From contig CAXXTU010000002.1 of NCBI GenBank assembly GCA_963662655.2, positions 3,072,001 through 3,136,000 on the forward strand: DNA of 64,000 bases. Direction: 5' to 3'. The notes below the pieces were generated by a model. The model had not been told where the DNA came from, made no database searches, and saw only the letters and a list, made by a program, of their open reading frames with translations. The stretch comes from Candidatus Cloacimonadales bacterium (GTDB taxonomy: Bacteria > Cloacimonadota > Cloacimonadia > Cloacimonadales > JAIOQZ01). Shown piece after piece: positions 9,628 through 19,531 of this stretch. The position numbers and the translations under genes are program-made. Each line of letters starts with the position of its first letter. The stretch's first letter is position 1.

Positions 9628-12573
9628 ATGAGAAGGATTCATGTTTTGCTTTTTGTTTTGATGTGTGCAACAATGATGTTGCAGGCGGTGGCCCCGGTCG
9701 ATTTCGGCAGGCTGGTGGAGAATTCCCGCAATTTATGCAGGGAGAAGCAGCAGTATGCCGGGCGCTGGATGGAGTATGTGTCTCGCGATACACGGGATAT
9801 GGATAACTACGATGTCCAGTACTACAGGATCAATATGACGCTCGATTTCGAAACGGGATCGATCATAGCCGACAACATCATCGAAGTGATGATTACGGAA
9901 GACAATACACAGTCGATCGAGCTGGAATTCGACGACAGTTTACAGATCACGGATTTGCAGGTGGACGAAGCGACGGCGAGTTTTACGCACGAGGATCGCG
10001 AACTGGTTGTCACGCTTTCCCAAACATACAATGAGGGTGATGTCGTATCGATCAACGTGAAATATCAAGGCAGTCCGGTGATCGACGGCTATCACGGCGG
10101 CGGTTTGTATTTCGCAACGCATGGTGGCGAACCAATAGCGTTCACTTTCGTACAACCCTGTGGTGCGCCGCAATGGTTTCCCTGCAAGGATGTCCCGAAC
10201 GACAAGGCGAATACCGTCGATATCTGGATGACGGTACCGGACGATTATGAACTCGCGGCCAATGGGTTAATTACGGAAGAGGTCGATAACGGCGACGGAA
10301 CCAAGACGGTGAAGTATCACGAATCGTATCCCATCGCGACGTATCTGATTTCGATTGCGTGTACGAATTACGATATCCAGAGCTATACATACGTAACCGG
10401 CGAAACGGAGATGCCGGTGCACAACTTCGTATTTCCCGAGGAACACGATATCCAGGTCGAAACATTCCAGGATATTCTGGAGATGATCGATTTTCTCTCG
10501 GGGATTTACGGACCGTATCCCTTCTTGGAGGAGAAGTACGGGCACGCGTTCGTTCCGGTATTCGGAGGAGCGATGGAGCATCAGACCTGCACAACGTTCG
10601 GGGGTGCGCTTCAGGGAGCCCCATACTATTCAACGGTTTTACATGAATTGACGCATCAATGGACGGGCGACTTGATAACCTGCGATACGTGGGCGTACAT
10701 CTGGCTGAACGAGGGATTTGCCGAATACTCCGAGACGCTCTACACCGAGCACCTCAATGGCTTCGACTGGTATCTCTATCACATGTCGCAGCTCGATACG
10801 GGCGACCTCGACAGCAAGCTGGAGCGAGATATCCTCGATAGTCAGAATGAAGTTCTGGATTGGGTCGTATACGCCAAGGGGGCGTGGGTGCTTCACATGC
10901 TCAGATTCATGCTGGGGGATGAAGTGTTCTTCGATGGGGTGGCCAGCTACACGAGTGATCCCGCTCTGCGTTACGGCACCGCTACGAATGAGGATTTGGA
11001 AGCGCACATGGAGGCGGCAGCCGGCATCGAACTGGACTGGTACTTCGACCAGTGGTATTATCAGTACGGAAGACCAGAATACCGTTATTGCTATTACACT
11101 TCGGTCGTCGAAGATTCGATCAAAATCACGCTGTCGTCGGAGAATACGCAGGACGAGCCATTCGACTTGTATGTGCCTTATAACGTGAACACAACAACAG
11201 GAAGAGTTTGGGCTCCCGGCGGAATCAGTCACTACACCCTCGAGCTCGAAGGGGAATTGGACAGCCTGGTTTGGGATCCGGGTAACCGCATTCTCGATTA
11301 CGGTTTTCACAACATGATACCAGAGCTGGAGGCTCCTGTCAGGCTGCGAGACGCTTCTGTGATGATCGGCCTTCCTGAGTTCTTCGATCCGGACTTTGCC
11401 GGGTATTATGTGTACCGGAGCGAGAATGGATCCGATTGGGACATGGTAACCCCGGAGCCTGTTGAACCGGGGATGTATAACGATGGAAGCGCGGAACCGG
11501 AAAGAACCTATTACTATTGTGTTGCTGCTGTAAGCGGGGAGGATCACACATTCGTCGGACCGAGTTCCAATACGGTTACGATGGAATCTGTCGAATTTAC
11601 ATTCGATCAGGGAATTCTGGCGATCGATATGACGGCCAATTTCCCCGAGAGTTCGCCCATGCCAACCGACGAGGAGACGGACGCGTTTTATCAGGATATT
11701 TTGTCCGAGTACCAAGTCACATGGTGGGACGTAATCGAGGACGGGGATGTGCCTCTTTCCGAGATGGCGAAATACTCATCGATCGTCTTATACTGCGACG
11801 ACATCAATACGATACCGTTCCACGAAGAACTGTATTGCCCGATGGCGTACATGAATGCGGGTGGTAACTTGCTTATATCCTCCTGGAGGCACCTCGAAGA
11901 TTTCAATTACAATCCGTACCGCACCATGCTGCATTTCGATGAATGCCGGTTCAACAACAGTCCTGATTTTGCTGGAACTCTGGCCTATGGCGGTTATCCC
12001 GTTCTCGACGTCGATTCGGAAAAGGTCGAGCTTGCCACGTGGAACGGACTGCTTCCCTACGTGAATTCCATCACGCCTTCCGGGGGTGCCGAAGTTCTCT
12101 ACCGGTACGACTCCGCAAGCGATGATGAAAACTGGGAGAATCAAACATGTGCGATCCGTTTCGCCGGCGATTACAAGCTTTATCTATTGGGATTTCCGCT
12201 GTTCTTCATCCAGAACGAGCAGGCGGAGCAGTTCATGGTTATGGTAATGGACGATTTCGGCGAAGTGCAGGATATTGACGGCGAAGGGATTCCTGCATAT
12301 TCGACATCGCTGAGCAATTACCCCAATCCGTTCAATCCGAGTACGACTGTGCAATTCAGTTTGCAAAGCGGCTGCGAAATCGAGTTGAGCATCTTCAATG
12401 TGCGCGGTCAGAAGATCAAAACGCTTGCGAATGATTATTACGAAAGCGGTTCGCACCAGATACAATGGGACGGAACCGGCTGGGACGGCAAGAAGGTCGG
12501 AAGCGGTGTGTATCTGTACAGACTGGAAACGCCGCACAGCACGATTAGCAAGAAGATGCTTTTGTTGCAATAG
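9628..12573 (+). CDS. secreted M1-family zinc aminopeptidase with FN3-like and C-terminal FlgD-Ig/T9SS-A-like sorting domain
   Basis: Signal peptide, GAMEH, HELTH..18..E ('NEGFAEY'), 'VYAKGAWVLHMLR', C-terminal 'NYPNPFNP'; GGAGG RBS before ATG 9628. Confidence 0.9.
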   Translation: MRRIHVLLFVLMCATMMLQAVAPVDFGRLVENSRNLCREKQQYAGRWMEYVSRDTRDMDNYDVQYYRINMTLDFETGSIIADNIIEVMITEDNTQSIELEFDDSLQITDLQVDEATASFTHEDRELVVTLSQTYNEGDVVSINVKYQGSPVIDGYHGGGLYFATHGGEPIAFTFVQPCGAPQWFPCKDVPNDKANTVDIWMTVPDDYELAANGLITEEVDNGDGTKTVKYHESYPIATYLISIACTNYDIQSYTYVTGETEMPVHNFVFPEEHDIQVETFQDILEMIDFLSGIYGPYPFLEEKYGHAFVPVFGGAMEHQTCTTFGGALQGAPYYSTVLHELTHQWTGDLITCDTWAYIWLNEGFAEYSETLYTEHLNGFDWYLYHMSQLDTGDLDSKLERDILDSQNEVLDWVVYAKGAWVLHMLRFMLGDEVFFDGVASYTSDPALRYGTATNEDLEAHMEAAAGIELDWYFDQWYYQYGRPEYRYCYYTSVVEDSIKITLSSENTQDEPFDLYVPYNVNTTTGRVWAPGGISHYTLELEGELDSLVWDPGNRILDYGFHNMIPELEAPVRLRDASVMIGLPEFFDPDFAGYYVYRSENGSDWDMVTPEPVEPGMYNDGSAEPERTYYYCVAAVSGEDHTFVGPSSNTVTMESVEFTFDQGILAIDMTANFPESSPMPTDEETDAFYQDILSEYQVTWWDVIEDGDVPLSEMAKYSSIVLYCDDINTIPFHEELYCPMAYMNAGGNLLISSWRHLEDFNYNPYRTMLHFDECRFNNSPDFAGTLAYGGYPVLDVDSEKVELATWNGLLPYVNSITPSGGAEVLYRYDSASDDENWENQTCAIRFAGDYKLYLLGFPLFFIQNEQAEQFMVMVMDDFGEVQDIDGEGIPAYSTSLSNYPNPFNPSTTVQFSLQSGCEIELSIFNVRGQKIKTLANDYYESGSHQIQWDGTGWDGKKVGSGVYLYRLETPHSTISKKMLLLQ

Positions 12574-12596
12574 CTTTGTGCGTTCGTTACGTTATG

Positions 12597-12627
12597 GAAG
12601 CCCCGAAGATCGGGGCTTCTCTTTTTT
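12597..12627 (+). terminator. intrinsic terminator
   Basis: GAAGCCCCG-AAGAT-CGGGGCTTC followed by TCTTTTTT after the peptidase stop. Confidence 0.8.
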
Positions 12628-12667
12628 GGGGATGAGCCGACCTGAGGTTGTCTGCCCAGCTTAGCGC

Positions 12668-12773
12668 GGGGGGCGGCGTGTTTGCTGCGCAAACGACTCC
12701 CCTGTTTCGCGTTGGGATTGCCCAACGCGAAACAGGGGAGTCCGGAAGCCTCTGGCTTCCGATGCCGCCCCCC
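12668..12773. repeat. cruciform palindromic element
   Basis: Perfect 22-bp inverted repeat GACTCCCCTGTTTCGCGTTGGG/CCCAACGCGAAACAGGGGAGTC (12695-12742), two side hairpins and a closing GGGGGGCGGCGT/ATGCCGCCCCCC stem. Confidence 0.75.
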
Positions 12774-12884
12774 GAGCGGGACTGTGCTCGGGCTCAATCT
12801 CACGCAACATTTCCATTGACATGAAGATGAGATTGAAAAAATGCTATATGTGTAGCGACGATTTTATACGGGAGGGTCATGTAA

Positions 12885-14159
12885 TTGTATCGAATGAAAT
12901 GGTGTGCTCAAGCCTTGGTTTTTCTGGCCATTGCGGTTAGCGTGGTGGCGCAGGATAGCTGGAATGTGGATTTGGTGTCGCAAACGTATTTCGAGCACGA
13001 TGCACATCTTGAAAACGTGTTGGTAAAAGACAATCTGGCGTTCCTTGTGGACTCAAACACCGGCATTCTCATTTATGATGTATCCCATCCGGCCCAACCA
13101 GTATTTGTGGGCCAATTTTTAACAGTTTCGAGCGCTAGGTGTGTGAGTGTTGTTGGCAATATCATGTATGTCGCGGACGAGGAGTATGGCCTGCATATCG
13201 TGGATGTCGGCAATCCTGCGCACCCGGATTTGGTGGGTGCTTGCGACACGCCCGGCGAGTGCCTCGGCGTGTACGTGCAAGGTGACTACGCCTATATCGC
13301 CGATTCGGGATCAGGTTTACGCATCATCGACGTAAGCGATCCGGTGCTGCCGGTCGAAGTTGGTTCATATTCTCCTGGCGACCACGCGTACGACCTTGTT
13401 GTTTCAGGGAGCTACGCATACATCACGGTCAATGCACTGGGGCTGGTCGTCGTTGAGGTCAGCGATCCCTCGCAGCCTGCGCTTTCGGGATATTTCAATG
13501 GCTGGGGGCCTGTACAGGATGTTCAATTGCATGGAAATAATGCATATATAACAGATACGGCGTACGGCCTCTTCTCGATCGACGTCGGGAATCCGGGTCA
13601 GCCTACCTATCTCGATCACTACGAAAACTCCGGCACGATGCTGGGACTGCATTACTCGGCAGACTATGTGTTTGTCGCAGATTCGGAGTTCGGTTTGTAC
13701 GTGTTCGATGCAACCGATCCATCTTCGCTTGAACTTACCGGATATTACGAAACATCATCGGAAGCCTGTGACGTATATGTCTCAGACAATATCGCTTATG
13801 TCGCCTGTGACGATCATCTGGGAATCTACGACTGCTCGGACGCCATCGGCGTCAATTCGGCGGATGGAGATGCGTCGATCGTAGGCCTGAACTCGATCTG
13901 CAACTACCCCAATCCGTTCAATTCAAGCACGACGATTCAGTACTCCCTTGCCTCATCGGGGAGCGTCAACCTCGGAATATTCAACGTGAAAGGTCAGCGT
14001 GTGAAAACACTTGTCCGTTCGCACCGTGAGGCAGGAGATCATTCCGTTTCCTGGAATGGACTTGACGATATCGGGAAAGCTGCATCCAGTGGGGTGTATT
14101 TCTGTATACTTAAAACAGGCGATGGGATGCAAACAAGGAAAATTCTGCTGATGGAATGA
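12885..14159 (+). CDS. secreted LVIVD-repeat (beta-propeller) protein with C-terminal FlgD-Ig/T9SS-A-like domain
   Basis: Repeats 'AY.AD...GL.IIDVSDP..P..VG', signal peptide, 'NYPNPFN' tail. Confidence 0.85.
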   Translation: MYRMKWCAQALVFLAIAVSVVAQDSWNVDLVSQTYFEHDAHLENVLVKDNLAFLVDSNTGILIYDVSHPAQPVFVGQFLTVSSARCVSVVGNIMYVADEEYGLHIVDVGNPAHPDLVGACDTPGECLGVYVQGDYAYIADSGSGLRIIDVSDPVLPVEVGSYSPGDHAYDLVVSGSYAYITVNALGLVVVEVSDPSQPALSGYFNGWGPVQDVQLHGNNAYITDTAYGLFSIDVGNPGQPTYLDHYENSGTMLGLHYSADYVFVADSEFGLYVFDATDPSSLELTGYYETSSEACDVYVSDNIAYVACDDHLGIYDCSDAIGVNSADGDASIVGLNSICNYPNPFNSSTTIQYSLASSGSVNLGIFNVKGQRVKTLVRSHREAGDHSVSWNGLDDIGKAASSGVYFCILKTGDGMQTRKILLME

Positions 14160-14208
14160 TTTTTTCATACCTCAATCTGAAAATACGAACTGGATACTGG
14201 AGAAGATA

Positions 14209-15990
14209 ATGCCGGGTGTTACGTTGTGCTATGGAAATCCGAGTGATATAGCCGGATTTGTGAATACGTGCCAGAAGAGAGAACGCGAATTACGGGAGAT
14301 ACTTCCGTTTTATTCGTGCGAAATCGAGAAGATCGATCAAAACCTGTGCGTGTTTCTGCATAAGCATTCCGGGCATGACATACACGAACTCTCAACGGAT
14401 CGCTGGACGATTTACTGGGAAAATCCCGTGCGCGAGATCGATCCGGAAGTTGTGAAGGCTGTTTTCGCCGAGTTTGATGAGAATTTCCAATTTGCGGACG
14501 TAAAGCAAACCATTGAACGGAAACTGCAATGCGCGATGAATACCGCGTTCACCTGCATCGCGATTCACCGGCCCCAAAAAACTGTCCTCTTTTTCAATGA
14601 TAGACTCGCTCGTCTTCCGCTCTATCACTATGAGAATAGTAACTTCTTCTTGCTTGGCAGAGACTTCGTGCTCCTGCGCGATAGTTTCAAGGACAGTCGG
14701 ATCGACAGACTTCAGCTTGCTCAATTCATGCTCCTGGGATACGTACCGGGAAAACCTTCGGTCTATGCTGATATACAAGATTGCCGGCCGCAGACATTTG
14801 CCGAAGCGCGTATCGGGAATGAGGTTACCCTCACGATTAGCGACAAGCCTGAAAACCGGGTGCACGGCGAGCTTCAGGAGGTCGATCAAAGCGCCTATCT
14901 GAAGGAACTTACAGATACCTTCCTTGCGGCGACAGAGCGTTGCGCCGGAAAGGACGAGCTGGTGTTGGGCCTGAGCGGTGGTCTGGATTCCAGGGCGATT
15001 GGCGGAGCCTTGCATAAGTTGAGGAAGCATTTCACGTCGTTCACCTACCGCGATCACGACCGCACCGCAACGCGCGATATCCGCTACGCGAAGAAGCTGG
15101 CAAGAAGCTGGAGTTGCCCCTTCCATATCATCGACCTCAATATTGAATCGAATGATGACTGGGCGGCTCTTTTCACGATGAAAGGAGGGGTTAATTACCT
15201 CGGCGTTAGCTTCTTTGGAAAATTTCTCTACGAAGTGCAACGGAGAGTCGGCCACTCCAATTTCGTTTTCTTCACGGGTGACGGCGGTGACAAGGTCATG
15301 CCGGACCTCTACCCGCAAAAAAGCTTGCACTCCGAGAGCGATTTCATCGAGTACCTGTTGAAACGCAACTCTATCCTGCCGCTAAAGGCTGTTTCTCAAG
15401 CGCTTGATATTGAGCCGAATGAAGTTCTCCATGCGCTCCTGAATGAAGTAAAGCAATACCCGGTAGACGGGTGGGATGAGAAATACCGCTTTCTGCTGCT
15501 CGCCGAACGCGGAGGGAGATGGCTGTTCGAGGGAGAGGATCGAAACCGGTTCTTCGCGAGAACGAATACACCGTTTTACGCTTACGATTTCTATCGGCTG
15601 GCCATGCAAGCGCCTCGATCATGGAAGAAGGACAACCGCATGTTCAAAGACCTCCTGAACTCTCTGTCGCCTGTCCTCACGAAGATTCCCAATGCGAATA
15701 CCCTGTTGAGAATCGACGGCAGAGACTACAATCCGATAAACTACTGGAATCTAGTAAATCATCGCGTGTCCAGGAAACTGAATTCGATCAAAAACAGAAA
15801 GGGAAACGGCTATCTGACAACGCACCCGTCCCTGAGGGGCAGAGTTCGCCAGCTCCTTGAATATCCCGAGATTTGTCTGGCTTATCCGGGTTTCGGTAGT
15901 TCTTTTCAGGCGGAAACGCTTTCCATGCTCAACCGTCCCCAGGCATATTACCTTTACACCGTTCTTGCTATCCTCAACGGTCAATCGTAA
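14209..15990 (+). CDS. asparagine synthetase-like protein (ATP pyrophosphatase/amidotransferase family)
   Basis: 'NDRLARLPLYH', PP-loop 'LGLSGGLDSR', 'TGDGGD', 'TPFY'; no N-terminal catalytic Cys. Confidence 0.75.
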   Translation: MPGVTLCYGNPSDIAGFVNTCQKRERELREILPFYSCEIEKIDQNLCVFLHKHSGHDIHELSTDRWTIYWENPVREIDPEVVKAVFAEFDENFQFADVKQTIERKLQCAMNTAFTCIAIHRPQKTVLFFNDRLARLPLYHYENSNFFLLGRDFVLLRDSFKDSRIDRLQLAQFMLLGYVPGKPSVYADIQDCRPQTFAEARIGNEVTLTISDKPENRVHGELQEVDQSAYLKELTDTFLAATERCAGKDELVLGLSGGLDSRAIGGALHKLRKHFTSFTYRDHDRTATRDIRYAKKLARSWSCPFHIIDLNIESNDDWAALFTMKGGVNYLGVSFFGKFLYEVQRRVGHSNFVFFTGDGGDKVMPDLYPQKSLHSESDFIEYLLKRNSILPLKAVSQALDIEPNEVLHALLNEVKQYPVDGWDEKYRFLLLAERGGRWLFEGEDRNRFFARTNTPFYAYDFYRLAMQAPRSWKKDNRMFKDLLNSLSPVLTKIPNANTLLRIDGRDYNPINYWNLVNHRVSRKLNSIKNRKGNGYLTTHPSLRGRVRQLLEYPEICLAYPGFGSSFQAETLSMLNRPQAYYLYTVLAILNGQS

Positions 15991-16180
15991 AACCTTATAA
16001 ATTCTTGAGAAAAGGGATGCCAATGTACCCGCAAAGACAATGAATTCAACTCATTAAATGGCTTCAACCCTATTTAATAGCAGGATGGTACAAGTTTTAT
16101 TTGACAATCTGGGGGCCATTGTGAACATTTAGTGATTTATTTACGATAACATACGTAAGAATACCCTAAAGGAGATATCT

Positions 16181-19100
16181 ATGAAAAAGCGAATGTTACT
16201 TCTGAGCTTTGTCATCGCTGCTTTCAGCATGATGTATGCATTCAGCGGCACAATCACCGAGAACACCCAATGGTCTGATGATATCATCATCACGGGTGAT
16301 GTTACGGTCGCTGCTGGCGTTGTCCTGACGATTGACGCCGGCGTAACCGTTTCATTTACCAGGATCGACGCCAATGAGGATGGCCTTGGCGATATCGACT
16401 TCACTATCAACGGCCGCCTTCTCACGAACGGTACTGCAAACAATCCCGTTATTTTCACTTCGAATGAAGATTCTCCGGTTCCTGGCGACTGGGCCGGTAT
16501 AGATTTCTTGAACACTACGAGTGTCTACTCCATTTTGAATCATACGGAAATCTACTACGCCGTTACGGGTGTTTACATCTCCGATAAATACGTGACATTC
16601 AACGATGGCATGATCGCATATTGCAAGGGTTACGGTATGCACGTGCTCAGTTCGCACGGTGGCCTCACCAGCCTGAACGATCTGATCATTTTCGAAAACA
16701 AACTCACCTCTGGTGGCGAGGGATTTGGTTTCAAAGCGGAATCGGGAGCGATCGTGAACGCGGACGGCCTGATTGTTTCCGCCAACGACGGTTATGGAAT
16801 GGTTATCACCGGAACTAATAGCTGTGTCATTTCAAATAGCCGTGCCGTAAGCAACGGAATGAATGGAGTTTACGTAAACAACGCCTCTCCTCAATTCAGC
16901 AACACCGATATATCTGAGAATGATGATACCGGACTGAGGTTGGTTGGCGCAACATCGGCCCCGGAGTTTCAATATTGTTCAATCAGCTACAATGATGGAT
17001 TCGGTGTAGCGTATGAAGATGGCTGCGATGGCTCCATCATCTATTCCAACATTATCGAGAACACAAACAGCGGTTTGATTATTACCGATAACTCCGTGCC
17101 CACGATCAACTACTGCAATATCTACAATAACGGTCAGAATGCGGAAGCGATTGTCGAGCAAATTCCATCAAGCAGTCTGTACTCCACATCCGGAAGCTCG
17201 AGTACATATTACGCGATGTTTCCCGGATACATGGTCAGCCGGATTCACGTTTCCGGATATGCGGATCATAACAGCTCGAGCGACACCTACGATTTCGACG
17301 TCTATCTCGGCGGATCCGAAGTCTATAACTACTACAGATACACAAGCTCCGACACCAGCTTCGATCTCTGGACAACCATCAATAGCTCATCGACAAGCTA
17401 CTCGTGGTATGTCAATCTTTATACGTACTCGGTATACAGCCAGTATGGCCGGGTCAGCGCGATTGAGTACGATGAGGATTATTTCACGTACCAGCTCACA
17501 TCAACGAATACATCGAGCGGTATCGATGCGAGATTCAACTGGTGGGGACAGGTCAACGGCGTTGACGATCTGATCTTCCAGCAGGTAGCTTCGACCGTCA
17601 ATTACGAAGGCTCTCAGGTCGAAGAAGTAGGTACGGCAGGAACCACATTGACCAACATGGCTCCAGCTTTTACGCTTTCAACTCCCGATTCGCTCGTGCT
17701 CAATCCGTCGAGCCTCAGCATTCAATGGTACGACATCGATATCGAAGATGACGCGATCATCAGCTTGTATTATGACGATGGCCACGATACCACCGGTACC
17801 CTGATCGTTGGAAACATCCATGAAGATTCCGCCACCGATTACTACAACTGGAACTTCGCCAACACACCGCACTCACTGTACTATATCTACGGTGTGATCG
17901 ACGACGGCGAAAATGAACCGGTTGTCTCGTATGCGCCGGGACAGGTGATGGTGGGCCCACTCAGCATCAATGCATCTGACGAACTAACCGGCGAGGCCGG
18001 TTCGCAGATCACCGTACCGATCGAGATGATAAACTCCATCGATCCGTTCGAGATTATCTCCTTCCAGTTCACCCTCGCGTTCGACTACACGCTGTTGACG
18101 GTTGCGGACATCGATAACGACGGAACTCTCACCGACGGCTGGTCGATCAACTACAACGACGAGACCCAGGGCGTTGTAACGGTTAGCGGTTACAGCACGA
18201 ACCATCTGCCCACTGACGGCACGCTCCTGAATATCGTGTTCGACATCGCGAGCGACGCGCTCGACTTCGAAACCTGCCAGCTCAACTTCAGCGATACCGA
18301 AGTGAACGACGGAGCCCGGACCGTTACCGAAAACGACGGAACGTTCACGATCCGCAACGCATACACGATAAGCGGTTTGATCGATTACTTCGCGCCGACT
18401 CGCGTCGCTGTCGATAACGCCAAACTCGTGCTTACCGGCTACGAAAACGACTCGCTTTACACCGACGCATCGGGTAACTACTCGTTTGCTCAGCATCACG
18501 CCGGAAGCTACTCGCTCAATGTCTCTTCAACCCAGGCGATTCCCGAACTGACCATCACCCCTTACGACGCATCGCTTACAGCTCGCGCTGCGCTGGGTCT
18601 GATCATTTTCGACGCGAATCAGGAAACCGCTGCCGACGTCAACGGCGACTACTATCCTACCGTGTACGACGCCGCCCTCATGGCGCAGTACTCCGTCGGC
18701 CTCATCGATGCATTCGACGCAGGTATTTGGGCGTTCAATCCTTCCTCCTACGCGATTACGCTTGGTGGAGCCAGCATCGTTCGCAACTTCACCGGTATTG
18801 TTATCGGTGATCCTTCCGGTAACTACCCGGGCTCGGCGGAACGCACCATTCCGGATATGTGGGATATCGGAACCCTCGCCCGTGACGAAGCCGGTCGCGT
18901 TCGCGTGAACGTACGTTTCGACGATGCGTTCTATTCGTTTGTGAGCCGCATCGATTTCAACCAGGAACAATTCTCTTACGCAGGTTATGAGGTCGCAGGC
19001 GATCTCGAAGATATCCAGGTGGTTGCCAACGTGCAAAACGGCTCGATCCGCGTTGCCGGTTTCGCAACCGGAGAAGTGGGAACCGCGCAGCCGGTTGTCT

Positions 19101-19483
19101 CATTCCTGTTCGATACCCTCGAAGCGGGTGACGACATCGACGTGGCATACTGCATGTTCGACGAAGCGTTCGGCGGAAATGTCGAAGTGCTCGCAGCCGA
19201 TGGCGAAGAAGTTGTACCGGCCAAATTCGGAATTTCGCAGAACTATCCGAACCCGTTCAACCCAGTTACCACCATCTCGTATGATATCGCGAAACCATGC
19301 GACGTGAACATAGAAGTCTATAACGTTAAGGGGCAGAAGGTTACTACGCTGGTAAACGAAAAGAAACAGGCAGGTAGCTACAAGGCTGTATGGAATGCCG
19401 AAAACGTTTCTTCCGGTATCTATTTCTACCGGATCAACGCAGGCGATTTCCACAGCATCCGCAAGATGATACTGATCAAGTAA
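16181..19483 (+). CDS. secreted protein: right-handed beta-helix, cohesin, dockerin-like repeat and C-terminal FlgD-Ig/T9SS-A-like domain
   Basis: PbH1-like repeats 'N...G', cohesin-like 'ITVPI...ISFQFTLAFD...GTLLNIVF', dockerin-like 'ADVNGD...TVYDAALMAQY.VGLI', 'QNYPNPFNP'. Confidence 0.8.
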   Translation: MKKRMLLLSFVIAAFSMMYAFSGTITENTQWSDDIIITGDVTVAAGVVLTIDAGVTVSFTRIDANEDGLGDIDFTINGRLLTNGTANNPVIFTSNEDSPVPGDWAGIDFLNTTSVYSILNHTEIYYAVTGVYISDKYVTFNDGMIAYCKGYGMHVLSSHGGLTSLNDLIIFENKLTSGGEGFGFKAESGAIVNADGLIVSANDGYGMVITGTNSCVISNSRAVSNGMNGVYVNNASPQFSNTDISENDDTGLRLVGATSAPEFQYCSISYNDGFGVAYEDGCDGSIIYSNIIENTNSGLIITDNSVPTINYCNIYNNGQNAEAIVEQIPSSSLYSTSGSSSTYYAMFPGYMVSRIHVSGYADHNSSSDTYDFDVYLGGSEVYNYYRYTSSDTSFDLWTTINSSSTSYSWYVNLYTYSVYSQYGRVSAIEYDEDYFTYQLTSTNTSSGIDARFNWWGQVNGVDDLIFQQVASTVNYEGSQVEEVGTAGTTLTNMAPAFTLSTPDSLVLNPSSLSIQWYDIDIEDDAIISLYYDDGHDTTGTLIVGNIHEDSATDYYNWNFANTPHSLYYIYGVIDDGENEPVVSYAPGQVMVGPLSINASDELTGEAGSQITVPIEMINSIDPFEIISFQFTLAFDYTLLTVADIDNDGTLTDGWSINYNDETQGVVTVSGYSTNHLPTDGTLLNIVFDIASDALDFETCQLNFSDTEVNDGARTVTENDGTFTIRNAYTISGLIDYFAPTRVAVDNAKLVLTGYENDSLYTDASGNYSFAQHHAGSYSLNVSSTQAIPELTITPYDASLTARAALGLIIFDANQETAADVNGDYYPTVYDAALMAQYSVGLIDAFDAGIWAFNPSSYAITLGGASIVRNFTGIVIGDPSGNYPGSAERTIPDMWDIGTLARDEAGRVRVNVRFDDAFYSFVSRIDFNQEQFSYAGYEVAGDLEDIQVVANVQNGSIRVAGFATGEVGTAQPVVSFLFDTLEAGDDIDVAYCMFDEAFGGNVEVLAADGEEVVPAKFGISQNYPNPFNPVTTISYDIAKPCDVNIEVYNVKGQKVTTLVNEKKQAGSYKAVWNAENVSSGIYFYRINAGDFHSIRKMILIK

Positions 19484-19531
19484 TGTCATGGCAGAAGCAT
19501 GATCAACGTGCTTAATCGATGACATGTACGA

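Noticed and set aside
14209..15990. Lasso peptide cyclase
   Set aside because: No precursor peptide, B1/RRE or B2 protease gene nearby.
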